DNA of 64,000 nt from Bacteroidales bacterium (lineage in GTDB: Bacteria; Bacteroidota; Bacteroidia; Bacteroidales; JAADGE01), in NCBI GenBank assembly GCA_021648725.1, contig JAKISF010000005.1, positions 12,375 through 76,374 of the forward strand, in the 5' to 3' direction. The notes beneath the pieces are model-generated. The model was not told where the DNA came from, did not search any database, and saw only the letters and a program-made list of their open reading frames with translations. Position 1 is the stretch's first letter. Every line of letters begins with the position of its first letter. A program made the translations under genes and the position numbers. Shown in pieces: positions 17,942-26,038 of the stretch.

Positions 17942-20689
17942 ATGAGAAGACTTTTTTTTATGTCCCTATTTTTTGTTTTTGCATTTTCAACAATATATGC
18001 ACAAAGCAAAATTTCAGGAACAGTTAAAGACAAAGATACACAAAAAGCTTTGTCCGGTGTAATTGTCAGTTTACAAGGAACTGAATTTAGTACAAAAACT
18101 GATAATACAGGTAAATTTGAGCTTTTAAATGTTCCGGAAGGTACATATTCATTAAAACTGTCTTTTGCAGATTTTGATAATTTTTCCCAAAAAATTAAGA
18201 TTGGAAGTTCAGATGTTAACCTCGGAGAAATTTTGATGTCTGAAAATCACATAGGCGGAGAAGATGCGATTATTGAACTTTCAAATGATGAATTAAGCGG
18301 AGGTGATGATGATTTGCAAACAAATGTGTCAGGAATTTTACATGGCTCGAGAGATGTGTTTTTATCAACAGCAGGATATACTTTCGGTCCTATGAGATTC
18401 AGGTTAAGAGGATATGACAATAAATATTCTGATTTACACATGAACGGTGTGCAAACTAATGATATGGAATCAGGGCGTGCAGTTTGGGCGTATTGGGGAG
18501 GATTAAATGATGCCGTGAGAAATTCTGAAACACATAAAGGAATTGCTGAGATTGATTTCGGTTTCGGAGGAATAGGCGGATCAACAAATATTAACACCAG
18601 AGCATCGCAAATAAGAGTAGGAACGAAGTTTACTTACTCTTTCACAAACAGAAACTATTATCACAGAGCAATGTTTTTACATTCAACCGGGATGATGGAG
18701 AATGGTTGGGCATTTGCTTTTTCGGGTTCAAAAAGATATGCGGAAGAAGGTTATACTGAAGGAACTTTTTATGACGCTTATGCCTATTTTGCGGCAGCCG
18801 AAAAAAAGTTTAACGATAAACACAGTATAGGTATTGTTGCGTTCGGTTCTCCTTCAAAAAGAGGCGGAAGAAGTGCAACAACACAAGAAGTTTATGATTT
18901 AACAAGCGGATTGTATAACGGACATAAAAAATATAATCCTAATTGGGGGTGGCAAGACGGGGAAAAAAGAAATGCAAAAATTACAGACTCTCATACACCG
19001 ATGTTTATTTTTACGCATTATTGGGATATTGATAATTCAAGCAAATTACAAACATCACTGTCTTACTCAAGAGGAAAATATAATAAAACTTCTTTAAATT
19101 GGTATGAAGGAGCAGACCCGAGACCTGATTATTACAGATATTTGCCGAGTTATATGACAGGTGAAGATGCAATTACAAGACGAACTGAGGAATTCCAAAA
19201 CGGTGAACGACAAATAGATTGGGATGCAATGTATCAAGCAAATTATACCAGCTTTGATACTATTTATGATGCTGACGGAATTGTCGGAAATACATTGACA
19301 GGAAGAAAATCTCAGTTTATTGTTGAAGACAGAAGAAATGAAAATAACCAATTTCAATTTAATTCTGTTTATAAAAAAATGTTGAATGATAATTTTAAAG
19401 TAACAGCAGGAATTCAACACAGATATTATAAAGCACGACATTATAAAACCTTGCTTGATTTATTAGGAGGAGAGTTTATTGTTGATATAGATAAATATGC
19501 CAGCAGAGATTTAGCCGGAGAAGGTGTTGATTTCAATGATATCAGATATCCTAATAATATTATTGATGAAGTAGGAGAAGTTTTCGGAAATGACTATTAT
19601 GCCACCGTTAATTATTCGGAATTATGGGCACAAGCATCTTACAGTTTGAATAAATTTGACTTTTATTTCACAGGAAACGGTTCTTATACAAATTTTTGGA
19701 GAACAGGTAATATGCAAAACGGAAAATTTCCTGATAATTCTTTCGGAGATTCAGAAAAACCGGCTTTTATTAATTACGGTGTAAAATTCGGTTCTACTTA
19801 TAAAATATCCGGTATGCATTTTTTACACGCAGATGCTGCATATTTAACAAAAGCTCCTGATTTCAGAAACGCATTTGTATCTCCCAGAACAAGAAATCAA
19901 ATTGTTGACGGTTTAACAAGTGAAACTATTCTTTCTGCACAAGGAGGTTATGTTTTGCAATCTTCAAAACTAAAAGCAACTCTTGATGTTTTTTATACCG
20001 AATTTAAAGACCAAACAGAAGTAAGAAGTTTTTATTTTGACGAATATAACAATTTTGTAAATTTTGTAATGACCGGAATTAACAAAACGCATCAAGGTAT
20101 TGAACTCGGTGCTGAATATACAATATTGCCGGGTTTATCTGTTTACGGTGTAGGGTCTTTAGGTTATTACAGGTGGACATCTCGCCCGAGTTTCAGTATT
20201 TATGTTGATAATAGTGCCGAAGTACAGTATAATAAAGAAACAGTTTATGCTGAAGGCTTTTTAATAGGAGGAACTCCTCAAACAGCCTATTCGGCAGGAT
20301 TTAAATACTTTGCTCCGAAATATTGGAGGGTAGGAGTAAGTGCTAATTACTTGGCAGACAGATACCTTTCATTCAGTGCTTTAACCAGAACTGTTGATGC
20401 CGTAAAATATACTGACCACTCTACCGATGAATATACCGCTTTAATTGAACAAGACAGGCTTCCGGATTCGTTTACTGTTGATGCATTTATAGGAAAATCT
20501 TTCAGGTTTGATTATAAATATTATTTGAACATAAGTTTAAATGTTACTAATATATTAAATAATACAGATATAATTACCGGAGGTTACGAGCAAGCCAGAT
20601 TAGATTTGGGTAACTATGATAAATTTCCGCCGAAATATTATTATTTTTCCGGTTTACAGTATTATTTAAACATAAATTTCAGATTTTAA
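17942..20689 (+). CDS. TonB-dependent outer-membrane receptor with N-terminal carboxypeptidase-regulatory-like domain
   Basis: 915 aa with a signal peptide. ISGTVKDKDTQKALSGVIVSLQGT is a CarbopepD_reg-like start. Plug-like and long beta-barrel regions follow, and the protein ends in NINFRF (terminal aromatic). Confidence 0.7.
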   Translation: MRRLFFMSLFFVFAFSTIYAQSKISGTVKDKDTQKALSGVIVSLQGTEFSTKTDNTGKFELLNVPEGTYSLKLSFADFDNFSQKIKIGSSDVNLGEILMSENHIGGEDAIIELSNDELSGGDDDLQTNVSGILHGSRDVFLSTAGYTFGPMRFRLRGYDNKYSDLHMNGVQTNDMESGRAVWAYWGGLNDAVRNSETHKGIAEIDFGFGGIGGSTNINTRASQIRVGTKFTYSFTNRNYYHRAMFLHSTGMMENGWAFAFSGSKRYAEEGYTEGTFYDAYAYFAAAEKKFNDKHSIGIVAFGSPSKRGGRSATTQEVYDLTSGLYNGHKKYNPNWGWQDGEKRNAKITDSHTPMFIFTHYWDIDNSSKLQTSLSYSRGKYNKTSLNWYEGADPRPDYYRYLPSYMTGEDAITRRTEEFQNGERQIDWDAMYQANYTSFDTIYDADGIVGNTLTGRKSQFIVEDRRNENNQFQFNSVYKKMLNDNFKVTAGIQHRYYKARHYKTLLDLLGGEFIVDIDKYASRDLAGEGVDFNDIRYPNNIIDEVGEVFGNDYYATVNYSELWAQASYSLNKFDFYFTGNGSYTNFWRTGNMQNGKFPDNSFGDSEKPAFINYGVKFGSTYKISGMHFLHADAAYLTKAPDFRNAFVSPRTRNQIVDGLTSETILSAQGGYVLQSSKLKATLDVFYTEFKDQTEVRSFYFDEYNNFVNFVMTGINKTHQGIELGAEYTILPGLSVYGVGSLGYYRWTSRPSFSIYVDNSAEVQYNKETVYAEGFLIGGTPQTAYSAGFKYFAPKYWRVGVSANYLADRYLSFSALTRTVDAVKYTDHSTDEYTALIEQDRLPDSFTVDAFIGKSFRFDYKYYLNISLNVTNILNNTDIITGGYEQARLDLGNYDKFPPKYYYFSGLQYYLNINFRF

Positions 20690-20706
20690 ATTAATTATAT
20701 ATCGAT

Positions 20707-21498
20707 ATGAAAAATATTATTAAAATAACTATAGTTTTCGCATCTGTTTTTGTTATAATAAACGGATGTGTAAAAGAAAATTTTGATGTTACTCCCGAAT
20801 ATGTTACAACTTGGCAGGCAAACACTTCAATTTCTGAGCTAAGAGCAATGTATGTAAACGAACCTGTTTTAATTACAGAGGACATTATTATTAAAGGTGT
20901 CGTAATTTCAAGTGACGAAAACGGTAATTTTTATAAAGAATTATTTATACAAGAAGGAAAAAGCGGAATAGGAATTGAAATTGACCAAACCTATCTTTAT
21001 GAAAAATATCCGATAGGGAAAATGGTTTATGTTAAATGTAAAGGTCTTTATTTAGGAATGGATTATGATGTAATGAAACTTGGCTCAAATACTGCGATTG
21101 ACAGAATTAAAAGCGTGGAAGTTGATGATTATATTGATATTTCAACAGGCGGAACTCCGGCTGAACCGATGGTAATCACACTTGATAATTTAGCAAATGC
21201 TGATTCTTTAATAGGTTCACTTATTAAAATTGAAAATGTGCAATTTGATGATCCTCAGCAAACCTATGTTGCTGCGGGCGAACATTATGCCGAAAGGTCA
21301 ATATCTGATTGCAGCGGAAACAGTATAATTTTAAGTACAAGTGAATATGTAGATTTTAAAAATGATTCTTTACCGGCAGGTAACGGAACAATAAGTGCGA
21401 TATTAAGTAAATTTTCCGGAAATTATCAGTTAAGAATTAATTCCGGAAATGATGTAAATTTTATCGGTACACGTTGTGCTAAACAGAATAAACAATAA
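20707..21498 (+). CDS. Surface lipoprotein, DUF5689-like (OB-fold-like domain)
   Basis: 263 aa with lipobox INGC. IIKGVVISSDENGNFYKELFIQEGKSGIGIEI and VYVKCKGLYLG resemble the YhcR/ExeM-type OB-fold pattern. It is a paralogue of the N-terminal half of the next gene. The family name is from memory. Confidence 0.45.
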   Translation: MKNIIKITIVFASVFVIINGCVKENFDVTPEYVTTWQANTSISELRAMYVNEPVLITEDIIIKGVVISSDENGNFYKELFIQEGKSGIGIEIDQTYLYEKYPIGKMVYVKCKGLYLGMDYDVMKLGSNTAIDRIKSVEVDDYIDISTGGTPAEPMVITLDNLANADSLIGSLIKIENVQFDDPQQTYVAAGEHYAERSISDCSGNSIILSTSEYVDFKNDSLPAGNGTISAILSKFSGNYQLRINSGNDVNFIGTRCAKQNKQ

Positions 21499-21509
21499 AA
21501 ATAAATATT

Positions 21510-22787
21510 ATGACAAAATATATAAAAATTACGTTATTTATAATTATAAGCATGGTTTTACTATCATCATGTATTAATAATAAATTTAATGAACCGGATG
21601 AAGCCGTTTACAATACTGACATTGAGGCAACAACAACTATTGCCGAATTAGTAAACTTATACGAGGGAGCATTAACCTATTTAGATACAAATGTTGTTAT
21701 CTCAGGAACAGTTATTGCAAACGATAAAACAGGAAATTTCTACAAATCAATTGTAATTCAGGACAGTACGGCAGGAATTGAAATAAGCCTTAATGCTTAT
21801 GAATTACATAATACATATCACATCGGTGATTTGATTTTTGTAAAGTGCAACGGCTTATATCTCGGAGAATACGGAGGAGTAGTACAATTAGGAGCTGAAT
21901 ATGAAGGCGGTATCGGCAGAATTGAAGAGCCTATGATTAAAGATTATTTATTTAAATCTGAAGGCGGAATACCGATAAAACCTAAAACTTTTTCATTAGC
22001 GGCACCTAATGCTTCTTATGTTAATCAATTGGTTATTTTAAAAGATGTTCAGTTCGGTTTGAATTCTCTCGGAGAAACATACGGAGATGCCGAATTTCAA
22101 TTAGACAGAGATATTCCTGTTGAAGATTGTGACGGTAATTCTGTTACTGTGAGAACAAGCGGTTATGCAGATTTTGCAAGAGACACAATTGCAACCGGTA
22201 ACGGAAACATGATTGCCGTACTAAGTATTTATAACGGCCAATTTCAATTAACCCTGAGAGATCCGAGCGAAGTTGTTTTTAATAACAGTCGTTGCGGTGC
22301 CGTATTTCAAGAAACATTTGAAGGAAACTTGGGAGCTTTTAATGCGTACAGTGTTATCGGCGATAATCAAATCTGGGAATACAGTTCTTCTTTTGATGCT
22401 GCCGTAATGAGCGGGTATGACGGAGGAAATTTTGCTAACGAAGACTGGTTAATTTCAAATGCAATTGATTTGTCCGGATATCAGAATATTGTGCTTAATT
22501 TCCGTCACGCATGGAATTATAGAACATCAAACGGAACCAACGATGTTGAAGTATATATGTGTACTGATTATGACGGAACAAGTAATCCTAACACAAGCGG
22601 AACATGGACAAAATTAACCGGAATAAATTATCCTTCCGGTTTCGATTGGACATGGGTTAGCTCCGGAGATGTTGATGTTTCAGCATTCGGAGGAAGTGCA
22701 AGCGTATTTTTAGCATTTAAATATAGAAGCTCCGCAACTGATGCCAGCACATGGGAAATTGATAAAATTTCAATCTCAATACCCTAA
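21510..22787 (+). CDS. Surface lipoprotein, DUF5689-like N-terminal half plus choice-of-anchor-J-like C-terminal domain
   Basis: 425 aa with lipobox LSSC. VISGTVIANDKTGNFYKSIVIQDSTAGIEI and IFVKCNGLYLGEYGG parallel the previous gene. The C-terminal FQETFEG...W...DWLIS segment resembles the 15882..16697 protein. Confidence 0.45.
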   Translation: MTKYIKITLFIIISMVLLSSCINNKFNEPDEAVYNTDIEATTTIAELVNLYEGALTYLDTNVVISGTVIANDKTGNFYKSIVIQDSTAGIEISLNAYELHNTYHIGDLIFVKCNGLYLGEYGGVVQLGAEYEGGIGRIEEPMIKDYLFKSEGGIPIKPKTFSLAAPNASYVNQLVILKDVQFGLNSLGETYGDAEFQLDRDIPVEDCDGNSVTVRTSGYADFARDTIATGNGNMIAVLSIYNGQFQLTLRDPSEVVFNNSRCGAVFQETFEGNLGAFNAYSVIGDNQIWEYSSSFDAAVMSGYDGGNFANEDWLISNAIDLSGYQNIVLNFRHAWNYRTSNGTNDVEVYMCTDYDGTSNPNTSGTWTKLTGINYPSGFDWTWVSSGDVDVSAFGGSASVFLAFKYRSSATDASTWEIDKISISIP

Positions 22788-22810
22788 AATCTTATTGTTT
22801 TGAAAATAAA

Positions 22811-22842
22811 AAAACCGACAAGTTTATTTTGTCGGTTTTTTT
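22811..22842 (+). terminator. Rho-independent terminator
   Basis: AAAACCGACAA pairs with TTGTCGGTTTT around a 7-nt loop, and a T-run follows. Confidence 0.6.
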
Positions 22843-22875
22843 GTGTTTTTAAATTTAGTTCGATAGAGGGAATGA

Positions 22876-23817
22876 TTATTTATTTGTATTCCTAATGTGA
22901 ATAATTTCAGCAGCAATACTTACTGCAATTTCTGCGGGTGTTTCGCTTTTAATTGTTACGCCTATCGGAGCAGAAACATGTTTGAAGTCATCTTTTTTAA
23001 AACCTTCTTTTTCGAGTAAAGAGTAAATTTCTTTTACTTTATTTTTGCTGCCCATCATACCGAGGTATGCAACTTTTTTGTTTAATAATTTTGAAAGTAT
23101 TTTTTTATCGTTTGCATGGCTGAAACTTGCAATAATAATATAAATATTTTCTCCTTCCGGAATATAACTCTCAATATCGTCATATTTTATTATATGTTTT
23201 TCATTTGCATCTTTGTTTGCAACAAGTGTGTCAAGTTCCGGTCTGTTATCATAAATTTTAACGTAATAATCTAACATTTTCATTTGTTTTGATAATGCAA
23301 GCCCCACGTGTCCGCCTCCTATTATATATACAAAATGTTTATAACCTATAACTTCTTTATATATATTATTTACAAACTCATACTGCCCCGGAATTGTAGC
23401 CCCGGCTTTAGAGCGAAATTCGGCAGTGCTGATTTTAACCGTTATTTCATCTTTTAAAATTGCATGCCCGGCAATTTCTTGAATATTATCAATATGAATA
23501 TCATAAAGAGGGTATAAAATAACTTTGTTTTCTCCTGAACATATCATTCCTGAACTGTGCATTTCATCATCTGTTCTGTGAATTTGTTCATGTATTTCGG
23601 GTTTGGTAATGTTTTCTGCTAACATTTTTTCAGCTCTGTTAACCATTTTATGCTCAGTTGCACCTCCGCCTATTGAACCGTATCTTTTACCGTCATTAAC
23701 AACCAGCATTTTAAACCCTTGCCTTCCCGGACTGCTGCCTTTGTTTTCAACAACTATGAGAAGTACTAAATTCTTTTTTTGTTTTAAATTTATAAGTATT
23801 CTGTTCCAAATATCCAT
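22876..23817 (-). CDS. XdhC/CoxI-family accessory protein
   Basis: 313 aa. The N-terminal VVENKGSSPGRQGFKMLV...GSIGGG is XdhC_CoxI-like. The central YIIGGGHVGLAL is the Rossmann-like XdhC_C region. Confidence 0.65.
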   Translation of the reverse strand: MDIWNRILINLKQKKNLVLLIVVENKGSSPGRQGFKMLVVNDGKRYGSIGGGATEHKMVNRAEKMLAENITKPEIHEQIHRTDDEMHSSGMICSGENKVILYPLYDIHIDNIQEIAGHAILKDEITVKISTAEFRSKAGATIPGQYEFVNNIYKEVIGYKHFVYIIGGGHVGLALSKQMKMLDYYVKIYDNRPELDTLVANKDANEKHIIKYDDIESYIPEGENIYIIIASFSHANDKKILSKLLNKKVAYLGMMGSKNKVKEIYSLLEKEGFKKDDFKHVSAPIGVTIKSETPAEIAVSIAAEIIHIRNTNK

Positions 23818-23853
23818 TTTTTAAAAGGGCTAATAAGTTATTAATGATAAAAT

Positions 23854-24300
23854 TTATATTTTAAACCTTATTCTGAAAATACCGTCACTATAAGAAGTTG
23901 TTGTTATTCTGAAATTTGAAATTTCCCTTGTATTTGAAATGTGTTTTCCAATGCACGGACAATCGTCATAATCTCCTACGCTTATAATTCTTACGGTCGG
24001 ATTTTGTTCTTTTGTTATCCTTTTAAGATTGAATTTTTTATCAGCTTCATCAAAACTCATGAAACTTTCTGTTACGTCATATTCTTTATTAATAACTTCT
24101 TTAATAGTGTCATTAAGTTTTTTTATCTCATCTTCCGTAGGTTCTTGCTCTAATTTAAAATCACATTTTGATTTTTTTCTTTCTATATGGCAATTTTCCG
24201 AACGTTCACAACCGAACATTTTCACCATAGTTCCGTTTAGTATATGCTCAGCTGTATGCATCGGTGCATAATAGTCTTTTTTTTGTTTTTCTTGAATCAT
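23854..24300 (-). CDS. AlaX-like tRNA editing domain protein (threonyl/alanyl-tRNA synthetase SAD)
   Basis: 148 aa with the zinc motifs HTAEH (HxxxH) and CIGKH (CxxxH) at the spacing typical of AlaXp-S. Confidence 0.65.
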   Translation of the reverse strand: MIQEKQKKDYYAPMHTAEHILNGTMVKMFGCERSENCHIERKKSKCDFKLEQEPTEDEIKKLNDTIKEVINKEYDVTESFMSFDEADKKFNLKRITKEQNPTVRIISVGDYDDCPCIGKHISNTREISNFRITTTSYSDGIFRIRFKI

Positions 24301-24393
24301 AATTTAAAATAAATTTTCACCAAATTTAGAATTTTTATGATATGAAGCGAAAAAAAATGTATTTTTATACAGTTTTAAAGTTAATAAATTTTT

Positions 24394-25254
24394 ATGTATA
24401 AAGAGAACCTTTTAAAAGGAAAAACAGTTTTAATTACCGGCGGAGGTACAGGTTTGGGGAAATCAATGGCAGAAAGATTTTCTGAACTCGGAGCAAACTT
24501 AGTCATAACAAGCAGGAAGTTTGAAATTTTAGAGAAAACAGCACAAGAAATTTCAGAAAAATTCGGTAATCCTGTTTTACCCGTGCAAACAGACGTAAGG
24601 AAACCATTTCAAAACGAAGATGTTATTAATAAGGGAATTGAAAAATTCGGCAAAATTGATGTTTTATTAAATAATGCTGCCGGTAATTTTATCAGTCCGA
24701 CCGAATTGTTAAGTTACAAAGCTTTTGATACAATTGTTGATATTGTTTTGAAAGGAACATATAATTTTACGCTCGCAATGGGAAAGTATTGGATAAAAAA
24801 CAAAATGCCGGGTACTGTATTGAATATTGTAACAACCTATGCATCTACCGGCTCGGGGTATGTTGTTCCGTCAGCAATCAGTAAAGCAGGTGTTTTAAAT
24901 CTTACCAGGTCATTAGCTTCCGAATGGGGTAAATATAAAATAAGGTTAAATGCAATTGCACCCGGACCTTTTCCTACAAAAGGAGCTTGGGACAGATTAT
25001 TTCCCGACAATTCGTTTGAAGAAAAGTTAATAAATAAAATTCCGTTAAAAAGGGTAGGAGAGCATAGTGAACTTGCAAATCTTGCAACATATTTAATATC
25101 TGATTTTTCAGGATATATAACCGGCGAAGTAGTAACAATTGACGGGGGAGAATGGCTCGGCGGTGCCGGAGAATTTAATTGGCTTGATTCTGTTACAAAG
25201 GAACAATGGACAGCAATCGGAAAAAGAATTAAAGAAAATAATCGAAAATCATGA
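24394..25254 (+). CDS. SDR-family oxidoreductase, 2,4-dienoyl-CoA-reductase-like
   Basis: 286 aa with TGGGTGLGK (cofactor-binding), NNAAGNF and S-x(n)-SAISKAG. It ends in TGA and overlaps the next ATG by 4 nt (ATGA). Confidence 0.75.
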   Translation: MYKENLLKGKTVLITGGGTGLGKSMAERFSELGANLVITSRKFEILEKTAQEISEKFGNPVLPVQTDVRKPFQNEDVINKGIEKFGKIDVLLNNAAGNFISPTELLSYKAFDTIVDIVLKGTYNFTLAMGKYWIKNKMPGTVLNIVTTYASTGSGYVVPSAISKAGVLNLTRSLASEWGKYKIRLNAIAPGPFPTKGAWDRLFPDNSFEEKLINKIPLKRVGEHSELANLATYLISDFSGYITGEVVTIDGGEWLGGAGEFNWLDSVTKEQWTAIGKRIKENNRKS

Positions 25255-25799
25255 AAATAAACAACATCTTTTTTTCAGATAAAACAGGTAACCTTTTTGA
25301 AAAATGTGTTTTTTGTGAGGGCAATATTTTAAAGTATGAAAATGGTTACGTAATTGAAAAGGCATTTAAATACAACGAAAAAACAAAGTCTTTTAAAATG
25401 ATTTTTGAATATGCACTGTGTTCTGAATGTATCAAAAAATTATCATCAGAAATGTCAAAAGAAAGTACCGAGAAAATTCAAAACTATTTAAGTTCTTTTC
25501 GATCAAACCTTAATGTTGTTTTCGATAATGAGGCTGTTATTGAAGAAAGATTAAAAACTTGTATGGTTAAAAATAAGAATGTGCAAACATCAGAAGAGTA
25601 TCAAATTGCAGGTTTTTTCTTGAAAGATAAAATGCTTGTTTCTGATATGTTCCCGTATGCAGTGGGTGACGAGGCAATTGAAGAAATTCAAAATTTAATT
25701 TCGGAGAAAACAAGAGATTTTTCAAATAAATTCAAAGATTTGATTTTACCTCCGGATGTAAGAGAAAAATTTCCGAAAGACAGAGTTGTTATATTTTGA
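25251..25799 (+). CDS. Hypothetical protein with two CxxC pairs (zinc-ribbon-like)
   Basis: 182-aa ORF with an ATGA overlap to the SDR gene. CVFC and CSEC are the only recognisable motifs. Confidence 0.4.
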   Translation: MKINNIFFSDKTGNLFEKCVFCEGNILKYENGYVIEKAFKYNEKTKSFKMIFEYALCSECIKKLSSEMSKESTEKIQNYLSSFRSNLNVVFDNEAVIEERLKTCMVKNKNVQTSEEYQIAGFFLKDKMLVSDMFPYAVGDEAIEEIQNLISEKTRDFSNKFKDLILPPDVREKFPKDRVVIF

Positions 25800-25963
25800 A
25801 GAATTTTCTCAGAAAAATAATTATTAACAAAGATATTAACAGTTTTGGTAAACTTTGTAATACAAAATAAGCTCTGCTCTTTACTTTTTGCATTGTTAAT
25901 TATACTAAATTCATGTAATGTAAAATTTACGCATTGTCCTTGTTAATACACGATTCAGAACTG

Positions 25964-25972
25964 TGGTATAAT
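25964..25972 (+). promoter_or_regulatory. Extended -10-like element TGGTATAAT
   Basis: An exact TGnTATAAT lies 66 nt upstream of the ATG at 26039. This is sigma-70 style rather than the Bacteroidota TAnnTTTG style. Confidence 0.3.
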
Positions 25973-26024
25973 TTTTGGAATATAATAATTGAAATAAAAA
26001 AATCAAATATAAATCAAACTAAAT

Positions 26025-26030
26025 AGGAGG
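26025..26030 (+). promoter_or_regulatory. Canonical Shine-Dalgarno AGGAGG
   Basis: AGGAGG ends 8 nt before the ATG at 26039. I saw no comparable purine-rich site upstream of the other starts I inspected in this window. Confidence 0.5.
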
Positions 26031-26038
26031 AAATTAAA

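Noticed and set aside
18247-19441. Antisense ORFs of 115-116 aa inside the TonB-dependent receptor gene
   Set aside because: They lie fully inside a long, well-supported CDS on the opposite strand and have low-complexity, Cys/Ser/Ile-rich compositions typical of shadow frames.
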